Below, in pieces: positions 41,301-50,234 of a DNA stretch of 64,000 bases (the first letter of the stretch is position 1; each line of letters starts with the position of its first letter). The notes beneath the pieces are model-generated. The model had not been told where the DNA came from and ran no database searches. It saw nothing but the letters and a program-made list of their open reading frames with translations. Position numbers and translations under genes: made by a program. The stretch lies in contig OX597822.1 of assembly GCA_951406725.2 (NCBI GenBank), positions 89,776,001 through 89,840,000 of the forward strand, read 5' to 3'. Source of the DNA: Octopus vulgaris (taxonomy: Eukaryota).

Positions 41301-44300
41301 TTGAAGTCTTGGTTAGGGGAAAGGTTTTCAAAGCCCTCATAGATACAGGCTGTATGACATCTCTCATGACCCCAAGGGTGACAAAAAATGGAAGGGCACA
41401 AGTAGTGTTTGGGCGGTCAATGGCAGTGAGATTGGATGTAAGGGTAGCAGCGACATGGAGATAGCAGTGCGGGGAACAACACTGAAGCTGCAAGTGATTG
41501 TGATTGACCAAATGGTAAATGGAATTAACATGGTGATGAGGATGGACACAATCAACCATCTTGGAGGTGTCAGTGTTGGTTTCATTTGGTGGTGTAGGGG
41601 CATCATGTGCTGTATGTCTGCAACATGAGAAGGAGCAGAGCTCCACGAGGGACTGCACTGCTTACACCACTGAGGACAAAGATTTGTAGGTGGTGTTTGA
41701 CAGTCAGTGGTGGATGGTAGAGTGGTGCTGGAAAGGGGAGCCTCTGATGCTGAAGAACAGGCTGAGCTGCTACCAGCATACCTTGAAGGGACGTGCCAGG
41801 AGTGAGTTTGAAGGTGAAGTAGAGAGGTGGATTAAGGAGGGTGTCCTTATCCCACGGAAGAAGGAGATGGTGAGCAGAGTGCTATCACTAATGGCAATGG
41901 TGCAGCCAACAAAGAGCAAAGTCAGGCCGGTACTGGACTTTTGGGAGATGAATGACCATGTATCATGACACATGTGTAGCAAGGTGACGAACATCTGCAG
42001 TGAGATGCTACATGAGTGGAGATAGATGACAAGGGTAGCGAGGATTGTCGATTTGAAGTTGGCATATTTGCAACTCCATGTAAGGGGGAAACTGTAGCAG
42101 TATAGATGGTGTGATACAAGGGCCAGACATACAGTTTCACTAGGCTGAGTTTCAGGTTAAATTCCGTGCTGAAGATCATGGCAACAGTGCTCAAGTCTAT
42201 CCTAGGAAAGGTGGGCAGGATAAGAAGGGCCACCAATTCCTGTATAGATGACATCTTGGTAGACGAAACTGTAGTGTCTGCCACAGAGGTTGTAAGTCAT
42301 CTCATGCTGATTACAAAGCCACTGGAGCCAATGGCTGGAGGAGCTGCACTGGAGCTCAAGCTTCAAAGAGATAAAACAGGCTCATTGGTGTTCCAGAGGA
42401 GGAATGAGATCCTGGAATTGGATACCAGTCAGCAGGAGAGAACTATTCCTGATGTGTGGGAGACTAGTGGGATACTACCCTATGACAGAGAGGCTACATC
42501 AAGACATGAGCAGAAGCGGAAAACTTGGGAGAGAAAGTGGGAAAGGGGACGGTGGTGATGATGCAGGAGAGCCTAGAGAGGACAGGAGCAGAGGACCCAG
42601 TAAGAGATAAATTGTATGTGCCCAAATTGGAGAATAGGACTGTATGGTGCAATGCTAGCAGCATAGTGATAGGAGTTGTATTGGGTGCCAGAGGCATCAA
42701 AGTGGAGAACGCAGCTTGGCTTTGAAAAGCTGATGATTACAACCACATCAACGTGACTGAGTTGGATGCAGTGCTGAATGGGGTGAATTTGGCCCTGAAA
42801 TGAGGGCTGCACTCCATCAAAATCTGAACCAATTCAGCTACCATGCATGGCTGGGTAGGATCAGGGATTGCCGACGAAAAGAGCTGCAGAGATGTTAGTA
42901 AAGTGCTGCCTAGGGGTTCTAGGAGAGTTAACTACCGAATTTGGTTTGAAGCTGAGTGTGGTCTTTGTGTTCAGAAAGGAACAAGGCAGACATCTAACCA
43001 GGGTTGGTGGAGCCAGAAGATTCAAAGCAAGGGATAGCTGCAGTGTGTCAGTTAAGTGACTTGGAACTAAGGAAACTGCATACCATGCATCATATGGGTG
43101 TGGATAGAACCCTGTATCTTACCAGGAGAGTTGACGCTGACATTACTAGACAAAGCATCCAAAAATTGATTGGGAATTGTGACAGGTGTCAACCCATTGA
43201 CCCTGCTTCAGGTGTGCATGAGCAGGGAAACATCTCGGTAGAGCACAATTGGAGATGATTGGTGGTGGATGTGATACACTACCGGCAGGGGATGTATCTC
43301 TTGATGGTTGACTGTGGGCCAAGTCGGATGGCCATTTGAAAAGAATTGAAGACAGGTACTGCAGATGAGATTGCACGTATCCTGAACGAGATATTCCTGG
43401 AGCAGGGCCTGGTGGACAAATTGCTGATGGACAATAGCACTGTATTTTCTTTGGAGATACTGAAGATGTTTGATAATACTGGAAGCAGTATTCTGGTACA
43501 ATATGTCACCCTGCTCAGGACAGGCTGAAGAGTCTGTGCCACACAGAGATATTCAGATATAAATGGCGGCATTTGAGTAAACCACCAGAATGCCCTGCGG
43601 AAGAGAGAAAGCTTGTTTTCATGGAGGTGGGAGATGAAGTCTGGGTCAAACCCCCAAAGGCACACTGCACATCTCAGTGGAACAGCAGCTGCTAACTCCA
43701 AAAATAGTGTTTCTGTGGATGGAATGCCACTTCACATCTTGGACGTTTGCAGAATTGTCACTTCATCAGACGACAAAGGTGGGGGAGAGGAAGAGAATGA
43801 AGCTCCCTCCCTACGGAGATCACAGCATGTGAGGTATCCACCTGAGTGGATGGCAGATTTTGACATGGAGTAAAGTGAGGAGGTGATCTTTGAGATCAGG
43901 GGTACATGTGGGGATGAGATGAGCCAGAAGGAAAGGACTGTGACATCAACAGTCAAGGGGCTTGACCGGAATAGGAAGGGTGAAAGGGGAAATGAGAGAA
44001 GAGAGACCAGGATCATCGTCTTTTGCCTTGGTGCATTCGCCACAAACATACATGAGAGGAGTGAGCTAGAGGAATTGGCATTAACAGCTACTTTCGTTAG
44101 ATGCGACGGGCGGGGTGTGAGTTTTGGACTTAATACAGCTGGACAGCAGACAATGAGAAGGTAAGCGAATTGTTTCTTATTTGCCTGCATTACAGTTCCC
44201 TCATACAGCAGTGACCTAAAGTGCAATACTGCATGGTAGTGAAACAAACATTGGATGAGCAAAGGACTGGTAAGAAATGAAGTGAGCATACTTTGCTGGG

Positions 44301-47300
44301 TTGTAATGTCAGTGCTTGTGAATAATGAAGCACAAATGAAAACAGTTACAAGGAGAAATCAGCAGTAGTGAACAAGGGGGACAGTACCTGCCACTGATAT
44401 GTCATGCATATAAAAGCTATAGGAAGTGGTAAACAATTCAAGTGGAAAGGATCAGCAAGAGAAAAATACATGGGAAGAAGTGGTGAAAGCTGATCTGAAG
44501 ATACTGAAACTCAAAAAGGAGATGATAAAGGACTGCAAAAAAGTGACAAGAAGCTGTTTGAGAAACATTGACTCAACCCATGTTAGTAAAATAATGGTGG
44601 TGACAGTGACCATGGCAATGATGACGATGAAGATGATGACTTTGATTAAAAACCTTAGTTTATGAAATTCAGAAGGATGGAAGATGAATTAATCTTTGTT
44701 GGAATTTAAACTTCATCATCATCATCGTTTAACGTCCATTCTCCATGCTAGCATGGGTTGGACGGTTCGACCGGGGATCTGGGAAGCCAGAAGGCTGCAC
44801 CAGGCTCTGGTCTTATCTGGCAATGTTTCTACAGCTGGATGCCCTTCCTAACGCCAACCACTCCGTGAGTGTAGTGGGTGCTTTTTACGTGCCACCTGCA
44901 CTGGTGCCAGGCGAGGCTGGCATCGGCCACAGTCGGATTGGTACATTTTACGTGCCACCGGCACGGAAGCCAGTCGAGGCGGCACTGGCTTCGGCCACGA
45001 TTCGAATGGTGCTTTTTACGTGCCACCGACACGGAAGCCAGTCGAGGTGGCGCTGGCATCGGCCAGATTTCTGATCAATCAATTACTATACAGCATGCTA
45101 CTGTTTGTATATTGAATTTTGTTTGAGTTTCATAAATGATGACCTTATTACTAACCTCTGAGAGAGAGAAAATTATATATCAGTCAAGAAGTCAGTACTA
45201 GGAATGTTTCCCAAGAGCCCTTCTTTCCTCATGATATATTAATTTCAATTCACTAGGTGGATTATTACATTTTTCTCGACAGCAAAAATAAAATGGAACA
45301 AATGAAGATACAAGAAAGGAAATGGTATTACATTACAATAGGTAAGAAGAAATAAGACTTCATAAAATTAAGTTACTTCATGGTTAATGATAATAACCAA
45401 TTTGATTATATGCAAAGATAATATCTGTTGGTATGGTATTGACATCAGGTTATCTATAATACATGAAGCTATACATGCACGCGCATGCGTGCATACACAC
45501 ACACACACATACAAGGTTTTAAATTTACTGTTATTGTTGGTTATTAATTATAAGAGGAGCAATAATCAATGACACAAAAACAAGATAACTTTAAGTAGAG
45601 AAAGAAAATCTAATCCTTACTTGTGAGTATTAGAATAATCATTTACTAAATTCAGTCATGATCTAATTTGACTGACACTAATCCTATTCAAATATCTCCA
45701 CACTTAGAAGCCTAATGAAAACAAGCAGTCCTTTATATGATATGCATTTCCTCCTAACCTAATATTGGTTCCAAACTTTGGCACAAGGCCAACAAATTTG
45801 GATTGGGAGTAAGTTGATTACATTGATCCTGATCCTCAATTGGTATTTATTTTGACCCCAAAAGGATCAAAGGCCAAGCTGACTTTGGCAGAATTTGAAC
45901 TCAAATGTAAGACAGATGAAATGCCATTAAACATTTTGCCTAGCATGCTAATAAGATTCTGCTAGCTTGCTACCTTCTCCTAACTTAATATTAACCAAAA
46001 AGTTAAATGAAAACTAAAGGAAATTTTTCTTTACATATATGGGCCAGTATTTGATTTGAACATATATTTAGCAAGATTTATGTGAATGTATTATGCTTTT
46101 TTATGGAACCAATTTATTTTTCATATACCTCATAGTATATTTGATTTATATACAAACATTTTGTTAAAAACGCAAAATTTGATAGAGAAAATGCCTTTTT
46201 GCATGATAATTATTTGTAAAAAATTGTACTTTCTGGTTTCAATATAAATATACAAGGTGGTATCAAATGGTTTTGGGACTAGTTATGTTTAATAAAAAAT
46301 AAGTTATCTACCTAAATTTCCTTTGAAATAGTCACTTCTGGAATCTGGCCTGGCAGTCGTTTTCCATGAGTCGAGGAACTTCTGCAATTCACTTTGTATC
46401 TCAACAACTGTGTTAAAACAGCAATCCTTGAGCTGCATTTTCCTCTTGGGGAAAAGATGGAAGCCCACAGGTGCTAAATCTGGTGAACAGGGTGGGTGTG
46501 GAAGCAATACCATGTTTTTGGCAAGAAACTCACAAATGAGGAGAGCTTGATGACAGGGTGCATTGTCATCATGAAGAATCCAATGCTTTGCTCGAATCTG
46601 GTCACTTCAAAACATTGCAGCAGAACTCTGAATTTACAGTCTGGCCCTGGGGAATGAATACCACATTTCTGGGGGTGATTCTCATGGCAGGTCTTCCAGA
46701 GATGTTCTGCTTTTGAAGTACCTATACCACTTGAAATATTGCGTACAGCCCATTGCTTCATTGCTGTAAGCTTGCCAAGACATGCTCAATGTTTCTGTAG
46801 CAGTCTTCCCAAGTTTAAGGCAAAATTACATGTTGGCTCTTTGTTCCTGTCCATGACAAAATCACAGACTATAGCATACACATGACCACAAAAACACAAA
46901 TTTCATAACCTGTGAAGTAAACACAGCAATGTCACTTGGCACACTACTTCATGATGGTCACTGCTAGCTCTCACTGTGCACGCAACCATGTGCTGCCATC
47001 TGTTGGTGCACTACAGAACTAGTTCAGGGTTCGGGAACTTTTTAATTGAGAAGTAAAGTTTTGTGAGTATAAAAGCTAGGCAATTAAAGTGCATGCTTTG
47101 CAACTATGAAGTTTTAGGTGTGCAGCACCTGGAGCAAATGTTTTCTATCATTGCTTCATGTTTCTGAAATTTCTGAATGAAATTTGATTGACCATTCCTG
47201 TTCTTGTATGGGAGACTTAATTCTGGCTTATGGGTGCCTTTTAATAGGGCCATTTCTGTCACGGTATTTAGACAAAGTCATCAATCTCAGGATGACTCCC

Positions 47301-50234
47301 ATTCTTTCTACAACCAGTCTTGGAGCCCCTGAAATAAAGTCATAGATATTACCCTTCCTCCTCTGACTAAGCTATTAAAAATAAATGAAGAAAACTGGTT
47401 AAGAACTAATCATATTTTTTTGGTATGTGGATATATTAGAAAGGGGAAGAATATGACTTATTAAATTATTATCTCTATATATATAAACGGCAAAATGTTT
47501 GTCTGTGTGTGTGTGTATCCTTTATACAAATCCACAATTTTTGCAGTTAGAGGGCTTGCACTTTCTATGGTCATTCAAAACCATCCAAGGGTTGTTGTGC
47601 ACATCTTTACATTTCCCCAGTCACCCATCAAAGCCATTAAAAAATCAATAGAAGTGACTATTTTGTGAATTTTCTATCCAAAACCCAATCAAAATGCCCG
47701 AAACTTGATACGCCAATTGAATGCCAGCTAGCTGTATGTGATTGGTTGGAGATTTGGACAGTACTTGCGTGTATGTGCACATGCACACAGCTGTATATGC
47801 ATGCACTAGCACTATGACCCGGTGTTGCTGGGTCATAGTGCTAGTTTTGACTAAATTGCAAGGAAATGCACAGGCAATACTATTTTGTTGTCCGAAAAAA
47901 GAAAATGAGAGGTTTGAATGTAAAAAGTTGGAAGAAATATCATAAAGCATTCTTACTGATGTTCTTTCAATATTTCTAAGCATTTCAACATCTAGTGTTA
48001 CAACAATGGCCTCTGCTCCATGGAGCTAACTGGGTGTACACCATCTCAATCCAACCTTACTCAATACTATCTGCCTCCTTCTTTTATTTCTCAATTTGTG
48101 TGTTTCCCCACAGGCCCCTCGCTAATGTCTAGTGCTTACTCTCCTAAATGCCAACCCTCTGAAATTTCCTTCATGCTGATTTGAAGCTATTCAAACTTGG
48201 ACTGCAATGACTGATGATAGTCATGGATGGGATACCTTTGATCACAGGTCTGTTAGATCAGAGCTGCCTTGTGGCCACACAATAACAACTAGTAACAAAC
48301 TCATCTCAGTTAATGAGGAAACTCCTAAACAGTCACATGATTGGCTGGAAATTGTGATAAATCTCTATCTCAAGAAAACTGTAGTTTGTTGGTGTGGTTT
48401 TTTGCCCTTAGTCAGCCTTGATCTGGTTACACCTCTACAATCAAAAGCATTTCAGTAATGATCTAGTTGCTATTTCTAGCAAATAGAATGGCCACATAGA
48501 GGATTGTTCATTGGCTGGGATGAGTCTGTTGCTTGTTATTACTGTTGTTTAGCCCAGGGCAGCTCTGATCAAGTCAACTTATAAAGAGACATTCCACTCA
48601 TATGATCCCATATTTCTCAGTCTTATTTAAAAGAACAGCTTCTAATCAAGATACAAATCCAGCAATTCCAGTGGGAGGGGTAAGTCAATATCATTCATCC
48701 TAATACTTGACTGGTACTTTATTTTATTAACCCTGAAAGGACGAGGGGCAAAGTCGACCTTGGTGGGGTTTGAATGTAAAAAGTTGGAAGAAATATCATA
48801 AAGCATTTTTACTGATGTTCTTTCAATGTTTCTATGCATTTCAACACAATTTATGTACTGATGTGGAATGTTGCTATTATATTTAGTAGTAGACACACAC
48901 ACACACACACACAACTATACACATACGAATCTGTGGCTTATTCACACATATAACACATATGAAAGGAATTGGATCATTGGCATACCTACAAAAGCGTACA
49001 CTCTCCCACTAAATTTGTTTCCCCATAACTTTCAAAAAAATGGTTATTTTTAATGATATATACCAATATGTATGTGCACGTGTCCCCCCCCCCCCCCACT
49101 AACATTAAAATCCGGTATAATTGTAATCTATAACATCTAAGAAGCTATTTGTAGAAAATTTCATTTAAAAACACCCATTTTTCTGAAAGTTTCGAGGAAA
49201 CAAAGTCAACTTGTATGAATTATCCGAAACTCCTCTCTTTCCCCTTCCTCAACTCCAAAAACTTTTTCACAATAAATTCCGATAAAACTGGAATCTCCAC
49301 ACCTGAAAAGTATTTGTTGAAAATTTCATTAGATAATGCCCATTTTTCTGAAAGTTGTGAGAAAACAAAGTTGGTGTGGTATATGGCTCAGTGGTTAGAG
49401 CGTCGAGCTTACGATCGTGAGGTTGTGAGCTCGAATCCCGGACCGGGCTGCGTGTTGTGTTCTCGAGCAAGGCACTTTATTTCACGTTGCTCTAGTTCAC
49501 TCAGCTGTAGAAATGAGTTGCGACGTCACAGGTGCCAAGCTGTATCGACCTTTGTCTTTCCCTTGGATAACACTGGTGGCGTGGAGAGGGGAGGCTGGTA
49601 TGCATGGGCGACTGCTAGCCTTCCATAAACAACCTTGCCCGGACTTGTGTCTAGGAGGGTAACTTTCTAGGTGCAATCCCATGGTCATTCATGACCGAAG
49701 GGGGTCTTTACCTAGATATGCCTACAGATCATTTTAATTTTAAACAATAAATAAAGATATTTCTGAGCCTTTAACTTTGGGATACCTCTTTAAGAAAACG
49801 GAGGGGCGTTACTAGGTTGGGTTAGCGCCGATATATTTGAACTATAACAACAAAGGTGAGGACACCTATCCGAATATCTCAATATATAATGCGTACGTGT
49901 GTGTATATCAGAAGTTTCATGTGAACCTGTTGACTTCTAGCTAGAGATCAAAACCTAACAGCACAGTCCTACAAGCATCAACCTGCATGGATCCAAACTG
50001 GATATTAAATCATGTCAACTTTGGTTAATTACCCTTAAAGTGAAGGAAAAAATGGTAGACCTCAGCAAGCCAATTTAAGTTCAATAACGTGAAGGAAACA
50101 ATTATATCTATAGAAAAGTTTTAAAATATAAAAGATTAACTTGCGTTAAATTCTTCCAGCCAATCTACTAGTTTGATTTGCAGCCTAGAAAAGGGTGCAA
50201 TTCGACAAAGTCGTTGCAATCGGTCTTCTGCCAT
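10645..50234 (-). CDS. SPATA18: Mieap / mitochondria-eating protein (SPATA18 family) gene span, 9 coding exons, 1116 nt, 371 aa
   Basis: Spliced by hand: 50234-50145, 33468-33363, 30664-30475, 29996-29819, 25767-25609, 23101-22929, 21570-21426, 13514-13472, 10676-10645. Phases are all compatible and there are no internal stops. The peptides match remembered Mieap motifs (WLEEFN/INSCDQN, IKTKFLPWL, RFKEMYYTDRMDA, KYRRSVNSDY, HYIWPCL, GEAETR). Confidence 0.93.
10780..12729 (+). mobile_element. Second, older Chapaev3-type transposon, 5' end lost
   Basis: NHHEDCYFCMVD, FIDSSK, NGNVFNSVPACHS..LKGSYETM, YTKFLCCLCL; 3' terminus CCCAGTG followed by TTA. Confidence 0.75.
11368..11640 (+). mobile_element. 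3' end of a Hero-like (RLE) LINE inserted in the Chapaev3 copy
   Basis: TTVEKASHWIWLKRDDERW* C-terminal motif plus 3' UTR; interrupts the transposase between LKY and CRNLKVV. Confidence 0.6.
13472..13514 (-). CDS. SPATA18: Mieap exon 8 (43 nt): RNYSSRSLLPKQRS(G)
   Basis: ttcttatctttatag| acceptor, CAG|gtaaat donor, phase 0 to 1; R/S-rich like the Mieap C-tail. Short, so less certain. Confidence 0.65.
14562..14830. mobile_element. Fold-back insertion (inverted Penelope-LTR-like) with degenerate hammerhead core
   Basis: Arms 14630-14676 / 14784-14830 nearly perfect; loop holds CTGATGGCTGGAT...ATCCAAAACTTGGAGTT; flanked by TA/CA microsatellite. Confidence 0.65.
15030..16640 (+). mobile_element. 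Penelope-like retroelement (RT C-terminal half, thumb, GIY-YIG endonuclease), decayed; Naiad/Neptune-like
   Basis: MGLSDSAQVTD, NFLDVTFNL..G.YEPYRK...YINVNSNHP, VWYNPIF, FNKHTVK, CICCRKSTCPLMNQC, TSLADLIW, CDLSLEE, LVNKHDE...CNH. Confidence 0.88.
16923..18171 (-). mobile_element. Tc1/mariner (maT/DD37D-like) transposon, decayed
   Basis: TIRs CAGGGTGCGTAAG / CTTACGCACCCTG at TA; WFFSNKKNF..DQKVNRRNDRWL..VMALGVVCNEGHVMPP (ORF 17401-17712). Confidence 0.88.
18603..19693. repeat. About 1 kb near-perfect palindrome (arms about 18603-19091 / 19123-19635) plus 3' tail; inverted Penelope-LTR-like insertion in (TA)n
   Basis: Mirror ORFs 18621+/19617- and 19028-/19186+; arms differ only by a few substitutions and microsatellite length. 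Confidence 0.9.
19720..19970 (+). mobile_element. SINE-like repeat with (CAT)n end
   Basis: Shared body with 3990-4220, 14290-14490 (-) and 34405-34620. Confidence 0.65.
20315..20865 (-). mobile_element. Non-autonomous RTE-derived element (5' and 3' ends)
   Basis: Shares about 150 nt with window positions 1-150; RTE-like 3' end near 20320. Confidence 0.5.
21426..21570 (-). CDS. SPATA18: Mieap exon 7: YRRSVNSDYRSRIISHYIWPCLFLGSSLASNRKVIYQGEAETRSTVDQ
   Basis: tactattcag| acceptor, |gtaaga donor, 145 nt, phase 2 to 0; YRRSxxSD, WPxL and GEA motifs. Confidence 0.95.
21930..22300 (+). mobile_element. LINE ORF2 C-terminal remnant
   Basis: QPLSHRCNVSSFHLLCNYYNEFCFSELA resembles the PLSHRRNVASLSLFYRYY..CSSEL tail of non-LTR elements. 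Confidence 0.55.
22929..23101 (-). CDS. SPATA18: Mieap exon 6: DVIEDVDSSLNYLLPSDCSISVIQSFIREACKLGWNMACLVIPIDIDLGIETVFDPV(K)
   Basis: ttttttag| acceptor, |gtatgt donor, 173 nt, phase 0 to 2; FIxExCxxxWxM motif. Confidence 0.94.
23194..24281 (+). mobile_element. piggyBac deletion derivative with PGBD4-like transposase N-terminus
   Basis: tta(g)CCCTT ... AAAGGG-ttaa ends; SSSESEFEGF, ETGPSHNL..ALDYFFLLF..IITAETNRYA..WFPTTLNEIKA..IIMGI. Confidence 0.85.
25609..25767 (-). CDS. SPATA18: Mieap exon 5: KACSAGRFSLHQYKTKLRDFFDGKYDSPQSKEQLIQEFIFRLAGPYDLRAIVT
   Basis: ctttcttag| acceptor, |gtaagt donor, 159 nt, phase 0 to 0. Confidence 0.92.
26520..26682 (+). mobile_element. R4/Dong-like LINE RT fragment
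   Basis: AHGQDGVQGF..LKSMH..IPTWMTKGKTVLIQRDKEKG. Confidence 0.7.
26686..27016 (-). mobile_element. mariner transposase C-terminal fragment
   Basis: Minus strand LDGVEVLPHPTYSSDVAPSDYGLF, followed by frameshifted MKGHRFESFEDVEEACQKF. Confidence 0.8.
27017..27958 (+). mobile_element. Solo-LTR-like repeat
   Basis: TG...CA ends, internal AATAAA (about 27797); 27190-27552 recurs inverted at about 51812-52180; no clear TSD. Confidence 0.5.
28338..28468. repeat. Compound tetranucleotide microsatellite (ATAG)(GATT)(GGTG)(GGTA)(GGCA)n(AAAT)
   Basis: Directly visible. Confidence 0.95.
29819..29996 (-). CDS. SPATA18: Mieap exon 4: AKLIVPQASLSAVQELQQDQVVQRFKEMYYTDRMDAMNILKLYCDDQIKVEKIIFTVFQ
   Basis: tttgatag| acceptor, |gtgaga donor, 178 nt, phase 2 to 0; overlaps ORF 29801..29983; start of the conserved C-terminal Mieap domain. 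Confidence 0.94.
30475..30664 (-). CDS. SPATA18: Mieap exon 3: GLYGGAAAIKTKFLPWLSHDL...AENAASQD(K)
   Basis: ctttttaag| acceptor, |gtgagt donor, 190 nt, phase 1 to 2; IKxxxLPWL motif. Confidence 0.95.
30700..30990 (-). mobile_element. Tc1 transposase C-terminal remnant
   Basis: Minus strand STEINPIKQVWEHLDRR (SPDLNPIE..W motif). Confidence 0.55.
31640..32310 (+). mobile_element. maT/Tc1-mariner deletion derivative
   Basis: KHPVNIIVFGVITSDGDVMPP, QQD.ASCHTS, WPPNSPHCNPLD; begins TA-CAGGATGTG after (TATG)n. Confidence 0.8.
33363..33468 (-). CDS. SPATA18: Mieap exon 2: INSCDQNVMRCCDILELNALIQQELFKLLNQSAAE(G)
   Basis: ttatttatag| acceptor, |gtaagt donor, 106 nt, phase 0 to 1; conserved CDQN motif. 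Confidence 0.95.
34735..35024 (-). mobile_element. tRNA-derived SINE
   Basis: Minus-strand head tggaggtgcaatggcccagtggttaggg...cggtttcgattcccagactggg; related to 56474-56857. Confidence 0.8.
35092..35290 (+). mobile_element. Fold-back Penelope-LTR-like insertion between (TA)n tracts
   Basis: Arms 35092-35150 / 35161-35230 plus about 50-nt tail; contains a hammerhead motif. Confidence 0.75.
35163..35203 (+). ncRNA. Minimal type I hammerhead ribozyme motif
   Basis: TGG-CTGATGA-ctAGCatcatGCTt-GAAA-CTCaaGAG-TA|CCA: core CUGAUGA and GAAA, stems I/II/III, GUA cleavage triplet. Confidence 0.6.
35410..35680. mobile_element. Fold-back insertion with about 100-bp arms (family shared with 39639-39897)
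   Basis: Arms about 35469-35568 / 35579-35677; leader CCAGTGGTCTA...AATTAGTCA..AGACTATATATTA shared with the 39.7 kb copy. Confidence 0.8.
35702..36270 (-). mobile_element. Tc1 transposon fragment
   Basis: APNLNPIEHLLNEV; terminus TA-CACTGACCTGCAAAAGAAACG. Confidence 0.7.
36782..37009. mobile_element. piggyBac-type MITE (TTAA TSD)
   Basis: ttaa-CCCTTTCGTTAC ... GTAACAAAAGGG-ttaa; same family as 5355-5570. Confidence 0.9.
37286..37441. mobile_element. Small MITE
   Basis: Inverted ends ACTAGCGTAGCT / AGCTATGCTAGT. Confidence 0.5.
38155..38905. repeat. Compound trinucleotide/polypurine tract (AAC)(AAT)n(AAG)n(AGG/AAG)n
   Basis: About 650 nt almost purely A/G on the + strand. Confidence 0.97.
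39639..39897. mobile_element. Fold-back insertion with 14-bp TSD
   Basis: Arms about 39714-39784 / 39829-39900; direct repeat ATAGATATCTATTA at 39625-39638 and 39898-39911. Confidence 0.8.
40166..44210 (+). mobile_element. Full-length Ty3/Gypsy LTR retrotransposon, decayed (LTRs 40166-40454 and 43907-44210)
   Basis: TG...CA LTRs, 5-bp TSD GTGAC, PPT before the 3' LTR. gag knuckle CFKCQGP, protease ALIDTGC, RT VRPVLDF/CIDDILV, RNase H WCNASS, integrase HxxHHMG..CDRC and LMDNSTVF in Gypsy order. Confidence 0.93.
44220..44600 (+). mobile_element. RTE-like LINE 3' remnant
   Basis: LHGSET ... TWEEVVKADLK motifs; similar to 61180-61560. Confidence 0.6.
44712..45065 (+). mobile_element. SINE-like repeat with three about 60-68 bp GC-rich tandem subunits
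   Basis: Units GGTGCTTTTTACGTGCCACC...GGCATCGGCCA at about 44878, 44940 and 45008. Confidence 0.8.
46250..47045 (-). mobile_element. mariner transposon, decayed and internally deleted
   Basis: LLPHPPCSPDLAPVGFHLFPK, FLHDDNA-like motif, subterminal ACTAGTT inverted repeats. Confidence 0.8.
47472..47844 (+). mobile_element. Non-autonomous Helitron
   Basis: A|TC 5' end (TCTCTATATATATAAA), 3' hairpin ACTAGCACTATGACCCGG/CTGGGTCATAGTGCTAG ending CTAG|T, no TSD. Confidence 0.8.
49376..49712 (+). mobile_element. Young tRNA-derived SINE
   Basis: A box TGGCTCAGTGG, B-box-like GCTCGAATCC, body gagcaaggcacttt...cactcagctgtagaaatgagt, CpGs retained. Confidence 0.85.
50145..50234 (-). CDS. SPATA18: Mieap exon 1: MAEDRLQRLCRIAPFSRLQIKLVDWLEEFN (GC donor)
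   Basis: ATG in AAAATTATGG context; 90 nt; ends AAC|gcaagt in phase 0. Resembles the human N-terminus MAENLKRL...LQEKLDFWLKEYN. Confidence 0.88.

Noticed and set aside
44878-45065. Regularly spaced repeats resembling a CRISPR array
   Set aside because: The whole units, including the would-be spacers, are homologous. They are part of a eukaryotic repeat also seen at 6195-6406, and there are no cas genes.
49376-49450. tRNA-like sequence
   Set aside because: It continues directly into a SINE body, has a mutated B box and lacks a clean acceptor stem. The same applies to 34960-35024 and 56474-56550.
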